Of a DNA stretch of 64,000 bases, positions 42,601-52,552 are shown one piece after another. Below the pieces are notes generated by a model. It was not told where the DNA came from. It ran no database searches and was given only the letters and a program-made list of their open reading frames with translations. The stretch comes from Cladosporium halotolerans (taxonomy: Eukaryota): NCBI RefSeq assembly GCF_011745625.1, contig NW_027191487.1:62001-126000 (forward strand), in the 5' to 3' direction. Position 1 is the first letter of the stretch. The number at the start of each line of letters is the position of its first letter. A program made the position numbers and the translations under genes.

Positions 42601-43928
42601 TGCCTTTGCTGCGCGGTTGCCGCCGACGGCACGCGAGACATGATCGGGCTTATTGAGCGTGTAGAGTTCGTGTCAGTCCTCGACACGACGGAGTGTGTGT
42701 TCTCGCGCGAGATGGGAGAATCCGGAGTCGAGCCATCACCTTGGCCGTCAAAAGCCTTGTGCACAACCGAGCGGAATCCTGATGATGGCTGGTGGGATAG
42801 ACCACTAGGATCTTCTCCTGGCGCTCTCCCGAGTTGCTCTACCGGAGCGTTGGTCGTTCTTTCCGCCGCAATTTCTGCTGCCGGATCAGATGAGGCTTGA
42901 CTTTGCGTACTGGGCATGGTAGGGGTGATATCGCGTGAGCCCGAGGCAAGAGCGGAAGCCGCGGCACTGGCAGCAGCAGTAGAGGCGGCAAGGCCTGTTG
43001 CACTCAACCGTTCCTCCTCATCTCTAGGCATGAAGCTCCCAGTCCCTGAAACATCGCTGACCGGAGGAAGTTGTGTGCTGTTATTCTGAACATGCATAGC
43101 ACTTGGTTGCGACACAGTTGAGGGCTGAACGCCGGTCTGGATGGGATGCATGCCAAAGGCAGAGCCCCCAGTGATACTAGGCAGCTCAGGAGAGGTTGTG
43201 CTGTTCCCTGTCGGAGAGCCAGAGGGTAGGCTTTCCCGGCTTTTCTTGTGCGTGAGCGTGTTCTGAGCCGTGGAGGGTGACCCAATATCCTTCTGCACCG
43301 CATCCATGCTAGGCCGCCCAGACTCCGAAGACTGCCGTTCCTTTTCCTTCTCCTCTGCCATCCGCTTGTAGATGTCACTCGGCCGCACGAATGGCAGAGC
43401 CTTGTTTGTGCTAGGCGAAGTAGCGGCGGGAATGGGTCGAGCTTCAGCAGCGGGACTGTCAGAGCGAAGACTGCTATCTCTCGGTGGCCGCTCAGCGCTG
43501 CCTGGCGCCTGAGGGCTGCGCGGAGTGTTCAGCGGCTGCGGCACTTGGCCAGGATTGCTGAACTCTCGCATACGCCGACGAGCCTCGTCTGGAGAGTGCG
43601 GAGACTGGATGTCCTGCGCTATCCTGCCGCTGCCGCCGATAGGGCTCGTGTAATGTTCCTGCTGAGTGCCAGAGCTGAACTGCCTCCTCTCCGCGTCGAC
43701 GCCACGGTCGAAACTAGGCTGCCGGTGGAGCTGTCCATATTGGCCCTGCTGTTGATGCGCGGAAGTCGGCTCGTCATGTCCTCCGTAGTCGTCGTAGTCG
43801 TCGTAGCTACCCCATTCATCGCCATCGTAATTGTTGGTCTTTGCCTGTGTCCATTTTTGCGTCCTGTTCCGGCCTGGTATCGTTTTGAACGAGATGGGCT
43901 GCTGGGGGTTTTGACCGGGTTGTGACAT
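39618..43928 (-). CDS. Large disordered S/P/T-rich protein with Fyv8-like N-terminus (~1436 aa from ATG 43928)
   Basis: ISFKTIPGRNRTQKWTQAKTNNYDGDEWG resembles the N-terminal motif recalled for yeast Fyv8; islands FVRPSDIYKRM, GFRSVVHKAF, ESDRLRKDIVRSLSP, IPPFRDLAAIKS...NTGLNGWL. Coding status is firm; family is tentative. Confidence 0.8.
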   Translation of the reverse strand: MSQPGQNPQQPISFKTIPGRNRTQKWTQAKTNNYDGDEWGSYDDYDDYGGHDEPTSAHQQQGQYGQLHRQPSFDRGVDAERRQFSSGTQQEHYTSPIGGSGRIAQDIQSPHSPDEARRRMREFSNPGQVPQPLNTPRSPQAPGSAERPPRDSSLRSDSPAAEARPIPAATSPSTNKALPFVRPSDIYKRMAEEKEKERQSSESGRPSMDAVQKDIGSPSTAQNTLTHKKSRESLPSGSPTGNSTTSPELPSITGGSAFGMHPIQTGVQPSTVSQPSAMHVQNNSTQLPPVSDVSGTGSFMPRDEEERLSATGLAASTAAASAAASALASGSRDITPTMPSTQSQASSDPAAEIAAERTTNAPVEQLGRAPGEDPSGLSHQPSSGFRSVVHKAFDGQGDGSTPDSPISRENTHSVVSRTDTNSTRSISPIMSRVPSAATAQQRQQERDAVVPSIAEEEPLEIARSRPMSGATTQTVTSRPSILRKPTPNHSRNVSSEVAGFTPGYRRSMETPSPNNSPARTPGIADVDTRRFSGPMAAETVTTAEPPDVSPDAPEAPSATLEPVETPSETPDPTIANGDASEVVKPLPTTGRGRSGTNYSLRESDLAKEVSNSPEERSAVAEAAANERQLFLDTHPVGPASPRTMSPTALSPTALSPTGFARPFPHPAASGSGRNSPAGNSRSRVRNIVDQFHQIDEDSRRNSAASSKSSWSNFAGEEDPSPGIVKRTTGGSMLSQESPAETSMFPSYDNADQDGAAASSTIRPEPERQESFRPHLPGEWVSATATPASEVPSVLAPDTFRGRDQTSRDITPTANPTPKADQVASPGEEVDLTPTTKKTKLPSNDRAVSGENDNPLSAVKDAGEALGTALMSHMGYGHQTQDFASKDKPAPVDIPEMQPHRPTGNIDDYMNPPLLNREHSDAPSEATNSVANSIPPTPLSKGTPEPAGLGVAAAPPSEGRPVSNYFSGYNPDAPAPLSFGKNSPRTTPREFESERPTVLPTMSSDTGAGDFESDRLRKDIVRSLSPGKMAELKREGALDDVARTQDALDAPTNERRVASGESALPAAETKNSDARSGLPSQSRPGLLGQRFSWENRSADDDLYGHMAVVGETKGDENRESFGRPHSNGGLHVVNTEVQAADSEPTTAEAGKQSEPGFLLSEPADAEKRLSASLPVGTTALATGNQSDTLHELSSPIAEDPTRSLDHVAPTPITEDDTAPTNLAPPPPPSDLKEDSPTIPSSYTAATTKPNPSTTSQKDKDKDRIPPFRDLAAIKSVPDRIAAYEHTRGRFANMNTGLNGWLSTMLAANPEYADAANQKYEGPAVIQSSGIGGTISGLGLGGTIRGHGHKHSPSILKIGGGGAGGGERKGSAASLGASSAAGTGMPESSSGGGSGGGGHVDVEKMQAKGKDFLKGAGAGAKGLFAKGKSRFGRSEKVE

Positions 43929-45601
43929 GGTCGAAATGCGGATGCGGTCTTGCTGATCGTGTCGCCTATCGTCGTCCCATCGTACAGGGCTCGACCGCCC
44001 AATTGGAGACAGGTGGTTTCGATCCAATGAGAGTAATTCGCCGCGACGCGAAGCAACGCCCTCGTGTATTGTATTAGTTAGTATTACAGTATTAGGATGG
44101 ATAGCGAGTGGGCGTGTCGCAGAGGGAAGACAGCAAGGCCGGCGCCTGGCGCTGGGTGCAGGCGGGCGGGCGGTGACGCGCTGCGGTGCGGTGGTGTCGC
44201 TGCGAGGCACCGGATGATGTTCGCCGTCCAAGCTCTGGCAGGGATCAGGGAGGCGCGGGAGGGCAAGGCCGGTTCGGCTCAGCGAGAATAGATGGGCGGG
44301 CGCCAGTCACGGCGCCGATCGGGCTAGTTTGATGACGATGTCGCACCTGCAAACTCTGGGTGCTGCAGGGAAACGGGAGATTTTGTGCGCGGGATGGCAA
44401 CGAGGGTTGGTGTCGGGCAGCTTCAGGTATCATCAGGCAAGTTTGGCCTCACAGGTCGCTTACGTAGGCGTCGCAGCTGAGCCACGTCGGCGGTCTGCCA
44501 GCGGCCTCCACGCAGCCATAAGGTGCCTTTAGGTTATGCAGCACGCAACGCAGGCCTTCCTTGCTCGCAACACACGCGCCGCGTCAACGTCGAAGCAGCG
44601 GGGACTAGCAGTGCAGTGCTGCCTCGTGCCGTGTACCGCCCACGCCGCCATCCGCCATCCCTGCGCTGAGTCCTTGGGCGCGAGCATTAAACCGCCGTCG
44701 CACCCGTGCCCTGTGCTACTACCACCCGACGACTGATCGGCGCCCACGTTTGCTGCCGTCGTGTCGTGCGTCCGTTGAAAGATAGCCGTGGTTGAGTCTA
44801 CTTCATCTCAACGCCGCTATATGGATCGATGCCTATCGCAGGTGCTGAATGCAGTAGCGCTCGTGGCTAGGAAGTCTGAACATCATAGCTGAAGTCTGAA
44901 TTCAGCTGCACGGAAAGGGAATACTGAACGATCTTGCAGGAGTTCGTCGATGCATGTCTGAAGACACTCGATCGTTCTCACTATCTTGCGTTAAATATGG
45001 GTTCACAGGTGCGATCATCATGTGAGGCTCGTACGACCACTTCGAACAAAGATGCTGCGTGTCACACCCAAATGGTGCGCTTCGTACCTTACAGGCACCA
45101 GTTACAGCACGTCAAATGTCAATGCTGTCGCAGATGAATGTACGGCCGAGCGTCGCGGCTCCAAACAATTCTCCAATCGTCCCCTGTTGATATTAAGGTA
45201 AGATTGCGCCACAGCCGCAGCGCGGACAGTTGAAGGGTTAGGGTTGCCCACGCATTCGCAACCGCGCTGACGACAGCCCGCGCCAGCCCAGCCCAGACTT
45301 CGGGAGACTTCATCTGCTTGCCCTGCGACCATTTCCACTCTACAGCACTTCCAACCCTCTCCGGACCACCAAAACCCACTACACGACCCCGCGACACCAT
45401 TCCTGTCCGGACACCGCACCTTTACACCCACCGTCTCAACCCTCCGCACCCCGCCACACCCCACAAAGACCACCTGGCCGCTAGCCGCATCCCAATCCCA
45501 GACCCCAGCATCCACCCTTTTCCGGACACCAAGACACCAACACCCCACGAACGACCCTACCTCACCAACACCCCGCGCCTCGCGCGCCCATGTACCCCGC
45601 C

Positions 45602-46692
45602 ATGGCCTCCTCGATCCAAGACCGCACCCCCGAGTTCCGCTCCGTGCTCGCGCAGGCGCAAAAGACGCTCGCGCGCCAGCGCAAAGGCGGGCCCCAAGCG
45701 CAACCGCTCGTGCAAAACGGCACCGCGACGCCTCCCACAAGAAAGCAGCGCTCCGAGTTCGCGCGCAACGCCGCCGCCATCGGCCGCGGCATCTCCGCGA
45801 CAGTGGGCAAACTGCAGCGCCTGGGCGAGCTCGCGAAGCGCAAAACCCTCTTCGACGACCGGCCCGTCGAGATCGCCGAGCTCACCTACGTGATCAAGCA
45901 AGACCTCGCCGGGCTCAACCAGCAAATCGGCAACCTGCAGCAGATCCAGCGCGGCCAAACCGCCCCCGGCAGCAAAGTCGACCAAGAAGGCGAGCACAAC
46001 AAGAACGTCGTCATGCTCCTGCAAGGCAAACTGGCCGACGTAGGCGTGAACTTCAAAGAAGTCCTCGAAGTGCGCACGAAGAACATCCAAGCCTCGCGCT
46101 CCCGCCAAGACAACTTCGTCTCCTCCGTCTCGCAGCAGTCCGGCCCGCAATCGCACCTCGCGCCCTCCGGCGACCGCTCCGACTCCCCCCTCTACCAACC
46201 GCCCTCGCGCAGCCGCACGCCCAACGCGCATGCCGCGCAGCAAAATGACGTCCTCTCCCTCGACCCCTCCAGCGCCTCGCCGCTCTACAACTCCAGCCCC
46301 GCCTCGCAGCAGCAGCTGCAGATAATGGAAGAAGGCGCCAACAGCAGCAACAGCTACATTCAGCAGCGCGGGGAGGCGATCGACGCGATCGAGCGGACGA
46401 TCGCCGACCTGGGCGGCATCTTCGGGCAGCTGGCGCAGATGGTGTCCGAGCAGGCGGAGCAGATCCAGCGGATCGACGCCAACACGGACGACGTGGTGGA
46501 CAACGTGGAGGGGGCGCAGCGCGAGCTGATGAAGTACTGGAACCGCGTGCAGGGCAACCGGTGGCTGGTGGCGAAGATGTTCGGCGTGCTGATGATTTGT
46601 GAGTTTTTCCGCTGTGTGTTCTTGAGGAGAAAGGACGGCGAGCTGACGGTGATGATACAGTCTTCCTTATCTGGGTGCTCGTTGCGGGCTAG
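45602..46692 (+). CDS. SED5: cis-Golgi Qa-SNARE syntaxin 5; intron 46599-46660
   Basis: N-peptide IQDRTPEF, LAKRKTLFDDRPVEIAELTYVIKQD, SNARE motif IERTIADLGGIFGQLAQMVSEQAEQIQRID; spliced TM tail NRWLVAKMFGVLMIFFLIWVLVAG*. Confidence 0.96.
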
Positions 46693-47120
46693 AGGAAACC
46701 CGCTTTGCAGCCCTTGTCATGTTATACAACCCCTTCGTTCATCAATACCCAGCGAGCCCGGCGCTTCGTTCTACAGCCTTTATTACACCGATACACTTTT
46801 CTGTAATCTGTACAAAACTTATTCTTGGCCAAGAAAAACTACGCCTTTATGCATTTTCCTGAACCATCCATGCAATCGTGAAGATGGCACCTTTATTGCC
46901 TTTGAGCTTTGACACTTCCGTGCAATGAGACATGAGCGGGTATTGCATTGACCGATCATTTCATTCCTCGTATCCTTCGCCAACTATCATCCCAAGCTAC
47001 GGAATCCTCATCCGACCGTTGTCTGGAAAAGAAAAAAACAACCACTTCCGCGTCACTCGAACCACACGCCGCGTCAGCAACCCTGTTCCCCATCATCACC
47101 ACCACCCTCCTCCCTACCAC

Positions 47121-49883
47121 TCAATACCTCCCCACCCTCCCAAACGGCATAGCAACACCCCTATGCGGCGTCCCCACCGCCTCCATGGCTCCAAACCTCA
47201 TCTCCACGCCCCTCGGCAGCGGCTGATACCTGGGGTCCCTGCCGAGCCTCGCGGGCGGCGTTCCCCACTCGCTGTCGAAGAAAGAGTCGTTCCCGTTGAG
47301 CCCGCGGTCGATCGCCCATTCGGGGGCTTTGGTCCACTGGCAGAAGTAGTCGCGGCGCTTTTCCACGGGTCCTTGGGTGTAGGAGGCGAGGTTCTCGAGG
47401 ACGGGGACGAGGAGGCGGTTGGTGAGGATGTTGGATTGCGGGGTGGGGGAGTTGACGGGCTGGAGTTTGGAGTGTGAGGACGAGGGAGCGATTTGATGGT
47501 GGGTCGATGTCGTTGGTTTTGCTGGCTGCTGGGCTGAGGCCTGAGTGGGGCGTTTGGGAGACGTGATGTCGTTGCGGGCCATGATTTTGCGGTGGAAACT
47601 CTCCTGGCGGGCGAACTTTTTGCTCGACCAGAGCCATTCATCCAGTTCCTTGGAGTCCCATTGCTGGAGGCGCGTGTTGTTCGTTGTATTGGAGGAGTTG
47701 TCATGCTTGTCTGCACGACTGTGCTGCCAGTCGCGGTCTGGGCTACTTTGGCGGAGATCGTTGTCTTGATCGGTGTAGGACGAGTTGGACGGTAAAGTCA
47801 CAGAGGGCGCTAGGGTTGTTGGAAAAGGGCTCTCGCCAGTGAGGTTGAACCCTCCCAATCCCGGAACTGCATTTGAACCAAAGAGCGGGAAGCCGAAGTT
47901 GGTTGGGGTGTGACCAGAGGCGTCAGGCGTAGGTACAACTTCGTGCTTGACTGGCTCTGGGGCCACGGGCTCCTGGGCGGTAGTCTCCTTGGCTGCCCGA
48001 TCCTGGAATGGATCATACAGCACTGTACGGATGTTGGCTTGGCTCTTTGTCCGCTCCTTTGCTTGTTCGCCCATCTTGATTACATGCTCCCTCATCGCCG
48101 TGCGAGTCTCGAGTGGTGATGGCGGCTTCGACTGCGCGAAAGGTGCGATAGCCTCTGTAGGACTCGCCATTTCCGAGATGGCAGTCACTGGCTGAGCTAG
48201 CCCGCGGCTGACTGGTGGCTCCGCCAATCGAGCAGAGTGTCCTTGAGACAGGTTCTGGTAGCCCTGTTGTGCGTAGTCCTGCTGGATACGCAGGCGGGCA
48301 ACCTGATCGGCAAGGGTATTCTGGTCCGGCGGAGAAGCGAATGTAGTCGGAGCAAAGTCACGCCCACCGACATAGCCAGGAATCTGCATCCCATGCGAAG
48401 GCGCCTGGTAGTAATTCATTTGTTGCGGCCATACTGGATAGTATGGCTGGATTTGCGGCATTTGCGGTATGTTATAATTCACCCCTCCATAGTTACCATA
48501 GTATGGCGCGCCAACAAAGGGATCTTCTTGCTGACGCTCTCTAGGCGCTGGGATGAAGTTGAGAGCAGGATTGAAGCGCTGGCTGGGCTGCGGTTGCTGA
48601 TTCTGGACCTGCGGAAAGGAATTAAAGGCTTGTGTTGGCGGCACTGCAGCAACTTTGGGAGCGTTTCCAGTGGCAGCATGAGGCATTTGAGGTTCTTGAC
48701 GAGGCTTCATCGTGCTTGGACGTTCAGGCATCTCGACCTTTGATGTGATTCTCCGTGGGCCAGTAGGCGCTGTTGACGGAGGGCGTTTGTCAGGCAAGCA
48801 TGCCGAGATCTCCTTAACACCGAATGGGAACCCCATCACATCAGCTTCACGCTGCTTTGCGATGGCTCGAAAATAGGCCATAGTGTTCTGCTGCAAAGCT
48901 TGCCCTGCGGTCTCTCCCTTCAAGCGGCAGGCTGCGAGTTGCCCCTCGATCTTCTTTCGGATATTGGAGAACTGCCCGATATTCTCCCAACCATATCGCG
49001 AGGTAGACCACTGATGGGCAGATACATCGCCGTTCGGATGTTGAATAAACTGTAGTTGCCCGTTTGCATTACCGGGATTGGCGTCCATGAAGCCCGGGCC
49101 AGGCAGCTCGTTGCCAAAAACATCAGTGATTTCGCGCTTGCTAAAAGTTGCTTCGACTGTGGCGTGCTGAGTGTTGGACTTTTCTTCGTAAGCCGGGGCG
49201 GTCGCTCGGTGCTTCTTGCGACCAGTAAAGAGTTGGAAATCATCTGACTCGAGAAAGCTCGAGTCGCGACCTTCGGCCTCAGACGCGGTCGACTCAGGGT
49301 TGTGAGATGAAACGCGGGAGACAGGCCGTGAATTGGAACTCGCCTGGGATTGCGCGCGGAAGATGTTGACTCGCGACTCAGCAACTGGACCATCCTCTGC
49401 CTGGCTCTGCCTGGCTGATGATGGCTCAGTGCCAAAGTTGAATGGCTTCCAGGCCTTGCCTCTATTACGGCTAGATGGCTTCCACTTCTCGGCCATGTTT
49501 GGCAACGGCAGAGTTGGGTCGGCCATTTCGATGCGCAAGTTTTGACGGTGCAGTCTTAATTCTGACATAGTCTGTGGCCGCGGCGGACCAGCGTCGATGT
49601 CAGTATCTGGAGCTTCGTGAGATGGCTGAACCACTTTGGCACGTTTGATGTTTGGCTTGTAGACTTTGTGTGTTAGGTTCCCAAAGTCAGAGTCCTCCGA
49701 GCCGTTCAAGGCGTGCTTTTGTGACGGGAAACGGGCCGAGGTTGGCGATACTCTTCGCAGTCTTCGCCGGAGAGAAGTATCAGTGAGCTCCTCGTCTGGA
49801 AAAGTCGGAGTGCCGACGGGAAGGCGGCTCGACGGTAGGGATCCAACAACTTGTACTGGCGCCGGACGACGAGCCCGTGGCAT
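47121..49883 (-). CDS. Uncharacterised protein (~920 aa), disordered with two compact aromatic-rich islands
   Basis: 2.8-kb ORF, first ATG 49883. Islands NPGNANGQLQFIQHPNGDVSAHQWS...WENIGQFSNIRKKIEGQL and LENLASY...DYFCQWTKAPEWAIDRG..GNDSFFDSEWGTPPARLGRDPRY. Confidence 0.8.
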   Translation of the reverse strand: MPRARRPAPVQVVGSLPSSRLPVGTPTFPDEELTDTSLRRRLRRVSPTSARFPSQKHALNGSEDSDFGNLTHKVYKPNIKRAKVVQPSHEAPDTDIDAGPPRPQTMSELRLHRQNLRIEMADPTLPLPNMAEKWKPSSRNRGKAWKPFNFGTEPSSARQSQAEDGPVAESRVNIFRAQSQASSNSRPVSRVSSHNPESTASEAEGRDSSFLESDDFQLFTGRKKHRATAPAYEEKSNTQHATVEATFSKREITDVFGNELPGPGFMDANPGNANGQLQFIQHPNGDVSAHQWSTSRYGWENIGQFSNIRKKIEGQLAACRLKGETAGQALQQNTMAYFRAIAKQREADVMGFPFGVKEISACLPDKRPPSTAPTGPRRITSKVEMPERPSTMKPRQEPQMPHAATGNAPKVAAVPPTQAFNSFPQVQNQQPQPSQRFNPALNFIPAPRERQQEDPFVGAPYYGNYGGVNYNIPQMPQIQPYYPVWPQQMNYYQAPSHGMQIPGYVGGRDFAPTTFASPPDQNTLADQVARLRIQQDYAQQGYQNLSQGHSARLAEPPVSRGLAQPVTAISEMASPTEAIAPFAQSKPPSPLETRTAMREHVIKMGEQAKERTKSQANIRTVLYDPFQDRAAKETTAQEPVAPEPVKHEVVPTPDASGHTPTNFGFPLFGSNAVPGLGGFNLTGESPFPTTLAPSVTLPSNSSYTDQDNDLRQSSPDRDWQHSRADKHDNSSNTTNNTRLQQWDSKELDEWLWSSKKFARQESFHRKIMARNDITSPKRPTQASAQQPAKPTTSTHHQIAPSSSHSKLQPVNSPTPQSNILTNRLLVPVLENLASYTQGPVEKRRDYFCQWTKAPEWAIDRGLNGNDSFFDSEWGTPPARLGRDPRYQPLPRGVEMRFGAMEAVGTPHRGVAMPFGRVGRY

Positions 49884-51145
49884 GTGAGCGAAGGGTGGTT
49901 CTTGTGAGGGCGGCAATGACAGCGTTGCGAGAGGAGGCGCGAGATGAGAAGTCGTTTTGCGAGTCTTACAGCTGTGTGGTGCTGGTGCTGAGGCAGATCA
50001 GTTGCGCAGTGCTGCCAGGGTACGAGCTTTATGTGGGCGGTGGATGGAAGGAAGGAGCGCGCGGGAAGCAACGAGCGCAGCTTCCTCGCGCAAACAGACC
50101 TCGTAGCTTACAATTCACTTATCATCACAGGTGAATCGTAGCCTGAGGAAGCAATCTCACTTCCTTCACTGGCGAAAGCTGCATGTGACATTGCTGCTGT
50201 CCATGTCGCCGGAGCGCTCACGCAAGTTACCTACGTCGCGGAATCCTCATGCAGCCTGCGTTCTTCACTGTACTGCATTATCAATTATTCCAGTCATCAA
50301 AACCTCTGACATTGTCGTTAACTGGTCCGACATCTCGGCAAGAGGCGTCTGTCATGATCGTCCTTTCGCCATTAGTTCGTTCTGGCCTCATGTGCCCTGG
50401 AGGTTGGCCGTCATTCAAAAAGAGCATTGTTCTCACGCGTTGTCGCTCGCCCCAAAGTGCGCGGTCAAGAACTGACATCTTCAATGATGACGTCCCTGGT
50501 GTTGGGGCGCGACAGAAGCATCCCGTTGTCCAAAATCGCCATGTGTAATGCATTGATGGCAAAGGACTCATTTTCAAAGGAACCCCCGCGGCACAATATG
50601 CTGACAAAGAGAAGAAGTCTTGGCCGACAATGCGTACAGTGAGATTCTCATGCTAGACCAAGTGATGGAGTGAAACGTGATGCGCACGTGGTTGCGAATG
50701 AAGCGCAAGTCGTCGGCATTCTCCAAAACGTGGCATGGCATGCACGGGCCGTTTGTACAAGAAGAGCCAAGTCTTCAAGCCTCAACTCTGTTCCTGGGAC
50801 AAGCCCGAATGTCTCACCGAGTCGCGGTGATGCGTCACTGCGCCTGACAACAATGGTAGGGCAACAGCGAGGCCGAGACACGGCCGTTTAATAACGACGA
50901 TGAGCCTCCCCCTTGGTCGCTCTGCATGTCCAACTCCAGCTGAAGAACACCTCCAACACCCATCCGGTCATCGGCTTCCTCGGTTGCTTGCAGTGGCCGA
51001 GCGTGACGCCAACAAACGCCGACCTTAAGTGCGATCGACAGTCTCGCCTACAGCCCTCTTGCGTCCTTGATTTCCTTCTGGAATTTCTTCATCCTTCGAG
51101 ACAAACTCTAGAAATCGCACGTATTTTTGCCGTGCAGAAATCACC

Positions 51146-52366
51146 ATGTCGGGCTTTCGGTTTGCTATCATCTCGGCACTGAGTGCGGCTGCTTCGGCGA
51201 CCAACCTCTTCGTGTCGAGCTACTCGGGAGATGTAACAACACTCGCTCTCTCGGATTCCAATGGCACCTACAGCTTGAACGCCACCTCCTCTGACCCCAA
51301 CTGTGGTCCCAGCCCCGCGTGGCTTACTCTTGACGCTTCACGCGGTACCCTCTACTGCCTCAATGAAGGGCTTACCTCCCCGAACGGCTCCATGAGCACG
51401 TTCACCATCAACCGTAACGGCAGCCTGAAGCACGTCCAGAACTCCACGACCATCTCCGGCCCCGTCAGCGGAGTCATCTATGGTGACCCAGCCGGTGACC
51501 GCTCGATCGCTCTTGCGCACTACTCCGGCTCTTCGCTGTCAACCTACTCCCTCACATCCGGCGGTCGCTTCGAGGAAGACGAGTCCTTCACCTTCGAGCT
51601 CTCGCAGCCCGGCCCTGTCGCCGACCGCCAGGACGCACCTCACCCTCACGAAGCCATCCTCGACCCAACAGGACAGTACATCCTTGTCCCCGACCTCGGA
51701 GCAGACCTCATCCGCGTCTATGCTATCGACCAGAAGACCAACGCCATCTCCGAGAAGACTCCTCTCGAAGCGCCCGCCGGCTCTGGACCCCGCCACGCCA
51801 AGTTTCACAACCCTTACAAAACCGCAGACGAAGGCTCCACGACCTACCTGTACCTCGCCACCGAGCTCGCCAGCACCATCATCTCCTACTCGGTGTCCTA
51901 CCTCCCCAACGCCGGCGGCCTGGAGTTTACCCAGGTCCAGGAAGTCAACGCCCTAGGCCAGCTGTCGCACGCCCGCATCAACGCCCCGGCCGGCATCGCT
52001 CTCTCTCCGGACAACCGCTTCCTGCTCCTTTCCAACCGCAACTCGAGCATCTTCACCCTTCCCAACCCGGACTCCTCCAACAACACCGCCGTGCCCTCCG
52101 ACTCTATCACCACCTTCTCTCTCAGCGAGTCTGGCGAGCTCGGCTTCGTGCAGGCCTGGCCTACGCACGGCTTGTTCCCCAGGCATTTCAGTCTGAACAC
52201 TGCCGGTAACCTCGTCGCGGCGGCGAATCAGAACAGCGGTAACGTCGTCGTGCTGAGGCGCGATGTGGCAACTGGACTCATCGGGGATGTGGTTGCGGAA
52301 GCGGAGATCGAGGGACAGGTCACGAGTGTCATCTTTGGCGAGATCGGTGCTGTCAACGGTGCTTGA
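51146..52366 (+). CDS. Secreted lactonase-family 7-bladed beta-propeller (6-phosphogluconolactonase / carboxy-muconate cyclase-like)
   Basis: Signal peptide MSGFRFAIISALSAAASA; RQDAPHPHEAILDPTGQYILVPDLGAD, GSGPRH, SPDNRFLLLSNR, FPRHFSL, ANQNS; many N-X-S/T sites. Confidence 0.9.
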   Translation: MSGFRFAIISALSAAASATNLFVSSYSGDVTTLALSDSNGTYSLNATSSDPNCGPSPAWLTLDASRGTLYCLNEGLTSPNGSMSTFTINRNGSLKHVQNSTTISGPVSGVIYGDPAGDRSIALAHYSGSSLSTYSLTSGGRFEEDESFTFELSQPGPVADRQDAPHPHEAILDPTGQYILVPDLGADLIRVYAIDQKTNAISEKTPLEAPAGSGPRHAKFHNPYKTADEGSTTYLYLATELASTIISYSVSYLPNAGGLEFTQVQEVNALGQLSHARINAPAGIALSPDNRFLLLSNRNSSIFTLPNPDSSNNTAVPSDSITTFSLSESGELGFVQAWPTHGLFPRHFSLNTAGNLVAAANQNSGNVVVLRRDVATGLIGDVVAEAEIEGQVTSVIFGEIGAVNGA

Positions 52367-52552
52367 TCTGGGATTGGGGGACAGCAGGCAATATCATGCC
52401 CCGCAATCGCAATGTTTCGAAAGGAACGAAATTTTTGTACATAAAGCTTTGCGAATTACATATCCTACCACCGATTCATTATCGTCAATACTCTCACCAC
52501 ATCCACTCGTAGCCCTCGGCATGTCAAGATCCAAACCCTCGCAATGGACCAC

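Noticed and set aside
45234..45245. AGGGTTAGGGTT as a telomerase RNA template or interstitial telomere
   Set aside because: Only two repeat units, in the SED5/Fyv8-like divergent promoter. No pseudoknot or other TER element recognised and little room for a ~2-kb RNA; at most a Tbf1-type promoter site.
46599..46912. Extended SED5 C-terminus in the ORF track (440 aa)
   Set aside because: Read-through of intron 46599-46660; splicing restores the canonical TM anchor and stop at 46692.
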